From Dickeya dadantii NCPPB 898 (GTDB lineage Bacteria; Pseudomonadota; Gammaproteobacteria; Enterobacterales; Enterobacteriaceae): DNA of 32,000 bases. Location: contig NZ_CM001976.1 of the NCBI RefSeq assembly GCF_000406145.1, forward strand, positions 3,353,206 to 3,385,205, read 5' to 3'. Each line of letters starts with the position of its first letter. The stretch's first letter is position 1. Shown here piece by piece: positions 6,706 to 14,248 of this stretch. The translations under genes were made by a program, and so were the position numbers. The notes beneath the pieces are model-generated. The model was not told the DNA's origin. It was given only the letters and a program-made list of their open reading frames with translations, and searched no databases.

Positions 6706-7976
6706 ATGAACACCAAACTCCTTACTGTCTCTACCGCACTCACCGTCATACTGACCTCACCGGCATTGCTGGCGGCAGAGGCAACCACCGTCCCCATTGA
6801 TTTTCATGGCTATCTGCGCGGCGGCGTGGGGGTGTCCAATGATGGCGGCATGTCGCAATGGCAAAAAAACAAGTGGGTCGTCTGGGTAACGAAAACGATA
6901 CCTACGGCGAAGTGGAACTGGGCTCGGAGGTGTACAAAAAGAACGACGTCAGTTTCTACCTCGACAGCATGGTCAGCATGGTGTCGGATGGATCCAACGA
7001 TAACGAAACCACCATCGGCGATGACGCCCAGTTCGGCCTGCGTCAGTTGAATCTGCAAATCAAGGGGCTGGTCCCCGGCGACCCTAACGCCGTGATCTGG
7101 GGTGGTAAACGCTACTATCAGCGTCACGATCTGCATATTATCGATACCAAATACTGGAATATCTCCGGCTCCGGCGCCGGGATTGAAAACTATACCCTTG
7201 GCCCCGGCGCGCTCTCCGTCGCCTGGATCCGCGGCGATGCCAACGCGGTTGACGACCGCATCAACGGCAACAGCAACGTCAACATCAACTATGCCGATAT
7301 CCGCTATGCCGGGCTGAAACCCTGGAAAGGCGCCTGGACGGAATTCGGCATCGACTACGCGATGCCGAACACCACCAAAAAACAGAAAGACTTCGGCGGC
7401 CTGTATGACGCGGATAACGGCGTGATGCTGACCGGCGAAATCAGTCAGGATATGTTGGGCGGTTACAACAAAGTGGTGCTGCAGTACGCCAACAAAGGGC
7501 TGGCGCAAAACATGGTGTCGCAGGGCGGCGGCTGGTATGACATGTGGAATCAGGTGAACAGCGCCACCGGTTATCGTGCCATCAACACCGGCCTGATTCC
7601 GCTCACCGACCGGTTATCGTTTAACCATGTGTTGACCTGGGGTTCGGCTAACCACATCAATGAAGCGACCGACACCACCCGGCTGTTGTCGCTGGTAGGG
7701 CGTCTGCAATACCAGTTTACCGATTATGTGCGCGGCATCGGCGAAGTGGGCGCGTTCACCCAGAAAGACAACTTCAAAAACGGCACCACGTTTAAACAAA
7801 GCGGCGAGAAATACACACTGGCGTTAGCGCTGGCGGCCGGCCCGGCATTTATGTCGCGTCCGGAATTGCGCCTCTACACCTCTTATCTGAACGACAGTCA
7901 GGACGGCAAGCCATTCAAGGACGGCACCGCCAATAACACCTGGAACGTTGGCGTACAGGTTGAGGCCTGGTGGTGA
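6706..7976 (+). pseudogene. ganL: Maltoporin (LamB)-family oligogalactan porin GanL, interrupted by a 1-nt frameshift in an A7 run (6863-6869)
   Basis: The signal peptide and IDFHGYLRGGVG... (LamB: VDFHGYARSGIG) are in the frame of ATG 6706. The rest (QVGRLGNENDTYGEVELG ... VGVQVEAWW; LamB: YRLGNECETYAELKLG ... GAQMEIWW) is in the frame of 6858..7976. The frames join cleanly if the A7 run is read as A8. Confidence 0.85.
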
Positions 7977-8051
7977 TCGACGCGATATACGGAATACCCT
8001 GTTCTCCGGAGGTTGTTTTCATCATTATTATCTGAGTTATTGACGCTGTTG

Positions 8052-8089
8052 TTTTTTTGAGGATAACCAGCCGGGTTATCCTCTTTTTT
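8052..8089. terminator. Bidirectional rho-independent terminator between ganL and the EIIB-like gene
   Basis: gaggataacc (8059-8068) pairs with ggttatcctc (8074-8083): a 10-bp stem with a 5-nt loop. It is flanked by T7 (8052-8058) and T6 (8084-8089), so a U-tract is available on both strands. Confidence 0.8.
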
Positions 8090-8134
8090 ATTTATCCATA
8101 TATTATTTATTATCCTGCTGTTATTGACGAGCTA

Positions 8135-8449
8135 TTATTCCGGGCGGGAAAAATGCTCCTCTAATAATTTGCGTAACGTATCCGACTGTTTACCGAATAT
8201 GGCATGAACCTGCTGCCCAAGAATAATAACGCCCAGCGCGCCTTCCTGCTGTAACCCTTGCGAGTCAACCAGGTTTAGGTTTTTTACCGTCACACGCAGC
8301 CGGGTAATACAGGCATCGACCTGTTCGATATTATCCCGCCCGCCAAACCACCGCAGCAGACGCTGAATCTGCTGTTTGTCGTCGTCGCTTAATTCCGGCG
8401 TCGGCTTCGGATGCGAAAAATAGCGCATAAAAGAACGCAGATTGACCAT
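8135..8449 (-). CDS. Stand-alone PTS EIIB(Glc/sucrose-type)-domain protein (104 aa)
   Basis: RLLRWFGGRDNIEQVDACITRLRVTVKNLNLVDSQGLQQEGALGVIILGQQVHAIFG matches the EIIB_1 pattern (LGG.eNI....hC.TRLR......vd...l...ga.gv......q.i.G) and keeps the phospho-Cys. GAGGAG lies 7 nt upstream of ATG 8449; it is only 1 nt from ATG 8455. No EIIC or EIIA domain is attached or adjacent. Confidence 0.75.
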   Translation of the reverse strand: MVNLRSFMRYFSHPKPTPELSDDDKQQIQRLLRWFGGRDNIEQVDACITRLRVTVKNLNLVDSQGLQQEGALGVIILGQQVHAIFGKQSDTLRKLLEEHFSRPE

Positions 8450-8513
8450 AGTCATACTCCTCTGAAGGCATTATACGCGGCGACGCCCGCCGGCGCGGCG
8501 GGTCATCGCCCAA

Positions 8514-8545
8514 GAGAAAACGCCCATGCCGGCATCGGCGATGGG
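8514..8545 (-). terminator. Probable rho-independent terminator after ganB
   Basis: On the minus strand: CCCAT-c-GCCG atgc CGGC ATGGG (9 bp with one bulge, 4-nt loop), followed by CGTTTTCTCTT. It starts about 17 nt after the ganB stop. Confidence 0.5.
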
Positions 8546-8561
8546 TGCAGGCGGAACGCCG

Positions 8562-10619
8562 TCAGATCAGACGGCGGCGAATCACCCGGCAATCCCAGGC
8601 GGAAAGAACAATGTCTACCAGCGGCAACCCGGTCAGCATGTCGCTATACCCGGCGGGCAGTTGAATTGGCTGCGGCTGCGCACTGTAGTTTTCGATGAAG
8701 ATAAACTCGTCGTCGCCGTTGGTACGGCGATGGGCCGTTACCGCCGGCGGCAGCGGGATATCCAACGCCCGCGGCAGAGCCAGTTCACGGATGATGGCGC
8801 CAAAGAAATCGCGCTGGAACGCCAGATCGTTACGCGAAGTCACGTACCAGGCCTTCCCTGCGCCGACGCGGTTTACCGTCACCGCCGGCCGGCCGGCGTA
8901 GAAATCGTCACAGTAACTGGCGAGCGCCGTCGCGCCTTCAAGGTGGATCAACTCGCACAGGTGGCGCGCCTGATACGGCCCTTTCAGCCCGATATCATTG
9001 TCCGCCAGCCCCAGTACCCGGTTGTATTCACCGTCGGCCAGACAGTCGATCTCTTCTGACCAGATCCCCAGCACCGCGCGCAGCGGGCCGGGGAATCCGC
9101 CCTGATAACACAGGTCGCTTTCGTTAACGATGCCGCTCCAGTAGGTCACCACCACCTGCCCGCCCTGCCGCACAAACTGCTCGACACGCTCGGCAAAGCC
9201 TGGGCGCACCATGTACAGCATCGGCGCAATCAACAGCCGATAGCCGCTGAAATCGCAGTCGGCGTTGATGATGTCCGCCGCGATCCCCTGCTCCCAGAAC
9301 GGGCGGTAATGTTCCGCCACGGTTGTTTCGTACTCCAGCCCGGCATTGCGCGGCCCCTGCGCGTCATCCATCGCCCAGCGGCTTTCCCAGTCAAACAGGA
9401 TAGCCACCTGAGCTTCTACCCGGCTGCCCGCCACCGCATCCAGCTGCGACAATATCTGGCCGAGTTGCGCCACTTCGCGGCCGACGCGGGTATCGATATG
9501 ACCGACGTGATCCACCACCGCGCCGTGGAATTTCTCCACCGAACCGCGGCTCTTGCGCCACTGGAAATACTGCACCGCGTCCGCACCGTGCGCCACCGCC
9601 TGCAACGAGGAGAGAATATGCATGCCCGGTTTCTTGAGCTTGCTGAGCGGCTGCCAGTTGGTGACGCTGGGGGTCGATTCCATCAACACAAACGGCTTGC
9701 CCTGCTTGAGCGAGCGCATCAGGTCATGGAACATCGCGATATAACAGGCCAGCGTGGCGTCGTCCTTGTCGCGGTGCCACATCGGGTAGCTGTCCCAGGA
9801 GATGAAATCCAGCACGCGCGACAGCTGCCAGTAATCGTAATCGTAGAAATACTCCATGAAATTGGTGGTAACCGGGATCGCCGGGTTCACCCGCTTCAAC
9901 GGAACGATTTCCTGCGCGCAGAAATCGGTCGCCTGCGCGGTATTAAAGCGTCGCCAGTCGAGGTTCAAGCCATGAATGGACACTTCACCCTGCGGCGCCG
10001 GCGATTCAATCTGCGACCAGTCGCTGTAGGTATGGCTCCAGAAATCGCTCCACCAGGCGTGATTGAGGTTATCCAGCGTCTGATAACGCGCCTGCAACCA
10101 GTTGCGAAACGCCTGCTGACAGCGATCGCAATGGCATTCGCCGCTGTATTCATTGGAGATGTGCCAGCCGATCACCGCCGGGTGATGCCCGTAGCGTTCT
10201 GCCAGCAGCGTATTGATTTTCGCTACTTTATCGCGGTACACCGGCGACGACAGACAGTGGTTATGGCGACCGCCGTGCAGCGCCGGCACCCGGTCGCGCC
10301 CGACGCGCAGCACTTCCGGATAACGTTGCGACATCCATGCCGGGCGGGCACCGCTGGGCGTAGCCAGAAACACCGCAATGCCCTGCCGATATAATTTATC
10401 GATAACCTCATCCAGCCAGTCGAACCGATACACGCCTTCCTGCGGCTCCAGTTTGGCCCAGCTGAAAATACCGACCGACATGACATTACATTTCACCTGT
10501 TTCATCATGGCGATATCGTCATCAATAATGCCGGAGTAATTCTCCCATTGCTCCGGATTATAATCAGCGCCATGTAATAACCCTTCCACCTTCGGATTCA
10601 AAGGCGTAAATCGTTTCAT
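8562..10619 (-). CDS. ganB: GH42 beta-galactosidase (cytoplasmic exo-beta-1,4-galactanase)
   Basis: 685 aa with the GH42 N-terminus (GADYNPEQW..., SVGIFSWAKLEPQEGVYRFDWLD, ISNEY). AAGGA lies 5 nt upstream of the ATG. Position and family match the Dickeya gan locus. Confidence 0.94.
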   Translation of the reverse strand: MKRFTPLNPKVEGLLHGADYNPEQWENYSGIIDDDIAMMKQVKCNVMSVGIFSWAKLEPQEGVYRFDWLDEVIDKLYRQGIAVFLATPSGARPAWMSQRYPEVLRVGRDRVPALHGGRHNHCLSSPVYRDKVAKINTLLAERYGHHPAVIGWHISNEYSGECHCDRCQQAFRNWLQARYQTLDNLNHAWWSDFWSHTYSDWSQIESPAPQGEVSIHGLNLDWRRFNTAQATDFCAQEIVPLKRVNPAIPVTTNFMEYFYDYDYWQLSRVLDFISWDSYPMWHRDKDDATLACYIAMFHDLMRSLKQGKPFVLMESTPSVTNWQPLSKLKKPGMHILSSLQAVAHGADAVQYFQWRKSRGSVEKFHGAVVDHVGHIDTRVGREVAQLGQILSQLDAVAGSRVEAQVAILFDWESRWAMDDAQGPRNAGLEYETTVAEHYRPFWEQGIAADIINADCDFSGYRLLIAPMLYMVRPGFAERVEQFVRQGGQVVVTYWSGIVNESDLCYQGGFPGPLRAVLGIWSEEIDCLADGEYNRVLGLADNDIGLKGPYQARHLCELIHLEGATALASYCDDFYAGRPAVTVNRVGAGKAWYVTSRNDLAFQRDFFGAIIRELALPRALDIPLPPAVTAHRRTNGDDEFIFIENYSAQPQPIQLPAGYSDMLTGLPLVDIVLSAWDCRVIRRRLI

Positions 10620-10755
10620 AAAACATCCTTAATACTGAATTGGCAGAGAGCATATCTCCTCTATTTCGATAGGCAGGCGGGCGGCAATCCTATCATTCCC
10701 CAATGATAAATCGGGTACCGCCAACACGCCTGTCATCGAAAAACAAAAGAGATAA

Positions 10756-11955
10756 TTAATTAAAGACTTTTATCGACGGCAACGCTTCCCCCTGACAATT
10801 AAATAACGCCTGATTTTCACGGGCATTACCTATGAAACCGTGGTCATTGATATAATCCATGCCGGCTTCGGTGGCCCAGGTATTTCCCGCCGCAATGATC
10901 CAGGTCGGTTCCCAATAGAACACGCCTTTGCCGCGCTTATTGGGTACATCGATCACGCTTTGCATCAGGTCACGAATAAAATCAGCCTGTCCTTGTACCG
11001 TGGCCGGATATCTCCCTGCCGCGGCTTCCTTTGCGCCAAAGCTGTTCGGCGCGTTATCGCAATTAGCCAGGGTGTAGCCGTAGGCGGCCTCAACCACGAT
11101 CACATCTTTGTTGTAGCGCTGGCTGATGTCGTCCATGTTAGCCTTCAGCGCGCTGATCGGGCCGTTCCAGTAGGTGTACATCGACAGACCAATCACATCG
11201 AACGGCACGCCGCGTTTGGTGATTTCATCAAACCACCAGCGGAAAGTGTCGTTCTTGGTGCCTTCCGCCAGATGCAGCATGATCTTGACCTGCCCCGGCG
11301 AACTGAGATTTTCACGTAAACCGGCAATGGAGGCATTCAGCAGGCCGGCCAGCCGGTCAAACTCGCCGCCGCCCTGCCCCCAGCTTTTGCCTTCGGGCCA
11401 CAGAATGCCGCCGTTGATCTCATTGCCGATCTGCACCATATCCGGCAGCACCCCTTCCCGCTTGAAGCGGGCAATGGTGTCGCGGGTATAGTCATGAATG
11501 ACAACTTTCAGTTGATCATACGATAGATGAGCCCAGGCTTTCGGCTTGAACTGCTTGCCGGGGTCAGTCCAGAAGTCACTGAACTGAAGGTCCAGCAACA
11601 GTTTGAGGCCTTGATCTTTGGCGCGTTTGGCCAGTGTCAGCGTGGTCGCCAAATCGTTATCGCCGCCGCCGTAAGGGTGCCCGGCGGCATCGCGGGGATC
11701 AACCCACAAACGCAGCCGGATGTAGTTGACGCCGTTCTTCTTCAGCAGCGCGATCGGGTCGACGCGAGCGCGGTTTTCGTCGTAAAACACGCCGCCCTGA
11801 CGCTCCACTTCCAGCAAGGTGGAAATATCCGCGCCCTTGATAAAATCGGCCGGGGCATTGCGTAGCGGTTTTATCACGACAGACTCCGCCGCCATCAGCG
11901 GCGCGGCGCCCAGCGCCAGGGAAACAGCCAGTAATGCGGGTATCATCTTTTTCAT
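10756..11955 (-). CDS. ganA: GH53 arabinogalactan endo-beta-1,4-galactanase, secreted to the periplasm
   Basis: Signal peptide MKKMIPALLAVSLALGAAPLMA/AE. GH53 catalytic contexts are present (VQIGNEINGG, VIVVEAAYGY). AAGG lies 9 nt upstream of ATG 11955. An alternative ATG at 11964 overlaps the ganG stop as ATGA. Confidence 0.92.
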   Translation of the reverse strand: MKKMIPALLAVSLALGAAPLMAAESVVIKPLRNAPADFIKGADISTLLEVERQGGVFYDENRARVDPIALLKKNGVNYIRLRLWVDPRDAAGHPYGGGDNDLATTLTLAKRAKDQGLKLLLDLQFSDFWTDPGKQFKPKAWAHLSYDQLKVVIHDYTRDTIARFKREGVLPDMVQIGNEINGGILWPEGKSWGQGGGEFDRLAGLLNASIAGLRENLSSPGQVKIMLHLAEGTKNDTFRWWFDEITKRGVPFDVIGLSMYTYWNGPISALKANMDDISQRYNKDVIVVEAAYGYTLANCDNAPNSFGAKEAAAGRYPATVQGQADFIRDLMQSVIDVPNKRGKGVFYWEPTWIIAAGNTWATEAGMDYINDHGFIGNARENQALFNCQGEALPSIKVFN

Positions 11956-11960
11956 GGTGA

Positions 11961-12860
11961 TCATCCTTTGGTACTGCCTGAGGTCAGGCCGGAGACAAAA
12001 TATTTTTGCAGCATCAGGTAAAGCAGCGCGACCGGCACGGCAATCAGCACCGCGCCGGCGGCGTAGGTGGTGTAACTGGCGCCCATTTTCTGCGCCACCA
12101 GGTTGTACAAGCCGATGGGCAGGGTGTACTTATCCGGGGTGCGCAGGATGGTGCTGGACAGAATGAAATCCCCCAGCGGGCCGGTGAAGGAAAACAGCGC
12201 CACCACGGCGATGATCGGCTTGGACAAAGGAATAATGATTTCAATGAAAATACGAAAATTGCCCGCCCCGTCCATGCGCGCCGATTCATCAAGCTCGCGG
12301 GGAATAGCGTCCAGATAGCCTTTCATCAAATAGGTGTTCATCGGGATCATGCCGGCGACGTAAATCAGCACCAGCGCCAGATGGCTGTTGATCAACCCCA
12401 GCAGTTGCGACAGCACAAAAATGGCGATCAGCGCCGAGAACTGTGGGATCATCTGCAACAACAAAAACAGCATCAGGCCGTTTTGCCGTCCCTTGAAGCG
12501 GAAACGGGAAAAAGCGTAAGCGGTAAAGCTGACGCTTAACAGCGTCAACACCATGGTCAGGAAGCTGATTTTCATCGAGTTCCAGTACCAGGTCAGGTAA
12601 TTGACCTGACCGTTGAACAGATCCGCGTAATGCTGAAAGGACGGATTATCCGGAATAATCGAGGTGCTCAGCAGGCTGTTGCCGGCATTGAGCGACGCCC
12701 CGACCGTCCACACCAGCGGATAAATGATCACCACGGACACCGCGATAATCACCAGCCAGGACAGCGAAAGCCGAATCGCCTTCTCGCGCTTGATGCTTTG
12801 ACGATTAACACCCTGACGATTAACGCGTTGACGATTAATACCCTGAGTCGTCGCCATCAT
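11961..12860 (-). CDS. ganG: ABC sugar transporter permease (MalG-like)
   Basis: 299 aa with multiple TM segments and the EAA-type loop (LDESARMDGAGNFRIFIEIIIP). The start was chosen at ATG 12860/12857, just after the ganF stop (TAAGGGGAAAATGATG). The ORF-track start at 12974 overlaps ganF by about 100 nt. Confidence 0.9.
   Translation of the reverse strand: MMATTQGINRQRVNRQGVNRQSIKREKAIRLSLSWLVIIAVSVVIIYPLVWTVGASLNAGNSLLSTSIIPDNPSFQHYADLFNGQVNYLTWYWNSMKISFLTMVLTLLSVSFTAYAFSRFRFKGRQNGLMLFLLLQMIPQFSALIAIFVLSQLLGLINSHLALVLIYVAGMIPMNTYLMKGYLDAIPRELDESARMDGAGNFRIFIEIIIPLSKPIIAVVALFSFTGPLGDFILSSTILRTPDKYTLPIGLYNLVAQKMGASYTTYAAGAVLIAVPVALLYLMLQKYFVSGLTSGSTKG
12798..12842. repeat. 15-bp tandem repeat x3 inside the ganG 5' end (pentapeptide xxNRQ x3)
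   Basis: ttgacgattaacacc / ctgacgattaacgcg / ttgacgattaatacc on the plus strand. On the coding strand it encodes GINRQ-RVNRQ-GVNRQ in MMATTQGINRQRVNRQGVNRQSIK. Confidence 0.85.
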
Positions 12861-12867
12861 TTTCCCC

Positions 12868-14175
12868 TTACGCCATCTCATCGTTCTTAAACGACCGGGT
12901 CGCCCGGAATTGCCACAGCGCCAGACCGACGACAAAAATCGACAGCAGGATGGTGATGGTGGCGGCAATCGCATACTGGGACGACGACATCGTCAGTTTG
13001 TAAATCCAGGACACCAGAATGTCGGTGCCCCCGGCATTGGAGCCAGCGACGGCGGGACCGCCGTTGTTGAACAGATAGATGATGTTGAAATTATTAAAGT
13101 TGAAGGTGTACTGGGTGATGATGATCGGCGCGATTGAGTACAGCACCAGCGGCAGCGTAATGGTGCGCAGTTGCGTCCAGCGGCTGGCGCCGTCCATGGT
13201 GGCCGCCTCGTACAGATCGTCCGGAATGGCCTGCAACACGCCGGTGGTCATGGCGAACACAAACGGGAAGCCGAGCCAGGTCTGCATCATGATCAACGCC
13301 GTTTTGGTCCAGAACGGATCGGTCAGCCAGGCTTTCGGGCTGATGCCCACAGACGCCAGAATGGCATTGTTGATGACGCCGAACGAATCGTTGAACATGC
13401 CGGCGAACACCAGAATGGTGACGAACCCCGGCACCGCCCACGGCAGAATGAAAATCGTACGGACCAGCGGTTTAAAGCGCAGGTCTTTCTGGTTAACCAG
13501 GATCGCCAGCAACACCCCTACCGTGCACTGCAACGTGGTCGCCAGCAGCGTCCAGACCACCGTCCACTGCAACACATCAAAAAAGGTCGAACGCCAGATG
13601 CTGAGGGTAAAAATGCTAACGAAGTTCTTCATCCCGACCCACTCCACCAGTTTGGCGGGCGGCGTGTGGTACAGGTTGTAGTTGGTAAACGCGATGGCGA
13701 AACCGAACAGGATCGGGAAAATCACCACGAACACCAGCAGGATGAACCCAGGGGTAATCATCAGGTAAGGAAAGCCCTCGCTCAGCAGCAACCGGTACTG
13801 CTGCCGCACGCTGTTAAGCGTCAGCCCGTCATCCCGCCGTTTGCCATTGCGCCAGGCATCGTTTATCGACACGGCGTAGATCAGTACGCCAAAGGCGATG
13901 ATCAGCAGGCTGATGATCCCTTCCGCCAGCAGGAAGATGGAGTTGTCGCGCGGCACCTCTTCCCCCAGGGTGTACACGCCCCACAGGCCGGTACGCAGAA
14001 AATCATGAAACACCCCCAGATAGCTGCCGAGCAGCACCAGAAAAATCATGCCTTTCGCCCACTGGCGGTGATAAAACTGCCCGCCGCCGGGCAGCACCGC
14101 GCACAACGCCGCGACCCAGGCGTGGCGTCGGGTGCGCTTTTCCCCGGACAGGGGTTCGCCGGAACTGATAATCAC
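12868..14175 (-). CDS. ganF: ABC sugar transporter permease (MalF-like)
   Basis: 435 aa, polytopic, with the EAA loop (LYEAATMDGASRWTQLRTITLP). GTG start at 14175 with AAGGAG 6 nt upstream. Confidence 0.9.
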   Translation of the reverse strand: MIISSGEPLSGEKRTRRHAWVAALCAVLPGGGQFYHRQWAKGMIFLVLLGSYLGVFHDFLRTGLWGVYTLGEEVPRDNSIFLLAEGIISLLIIAFGVLIYAVSINDAWRNGKRRDDGLTLNSVRQQYRLLLSEGFPYLMITPGFILLVFVVIFPILFGFAIAFTNYNLYHTPPAKLVEWVGMKNFVSIFTLSIWRSTFFDVLQWTVVWTLLATTLQCTVGVLLAILVNQKDLRFKPLVRTIFILPWAVPGFVTILVFAGMFNDSFGVINNAILASVGISPKAWLTDPFWTKTALIMMQTWLGFPFVFAMTTGVLQAIPDDLYEAATMDGASRWTQLRTITLPLVLYSIAPIIITQYTFNFNNFNIIYLFNNGGPAVAGSNAGGTDILVSWIYKLTMSSSQYAIAATITILLSIFVVGLALWQFRATRSFKNDEMA

Positions 14176-14193
14176 ACGCTGCTCCTTCTAGTC

Positions 14194-14213
14194 GCGGGAG
14201 GTCGCCCTCCCGC
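14194..14213 (-). other. GC-rich intercistronic hairpin between ganE and ganF
   Basis: gcgggagg (14194-14201), loop tcgc, cctcccgc (14206-14213): a perfect 8-bp stem with no U-tract, in the 73-nt ganE-ganF spacer. Confidence 0.45.
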
Positions 14214-14248
14214 TCGGTGTGGCCTACTGCGTTAACGGATGACGGTTA

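Noticed and set aside
6810-7508. 232-aa minus-strand ORF within ganL
   Set aside because: It is antisense to LamB-family coding sequence. The frameshift in ganL is explained by the A7 run, not by an alternative gene.
9309-10394. 361-aa plus-strand ORF inside ganB (also 8526..9059 and 8411..8698)
   Set aside because: These are antisense shadow ORFs of the GH42 gene. The product is Arg/His/Pro-rich with no recognisable motif.
13171-14235. 354-aa plus-strand ORF antisense to ganF (also 12006..12539 antisense to ganG, and 14291..14767 and 15167..15520 antisense to ganE)
   Set aside because: These are shadow frames opposite well-supported permease and binding-protein genes. The composition is highly charged and repetitive.
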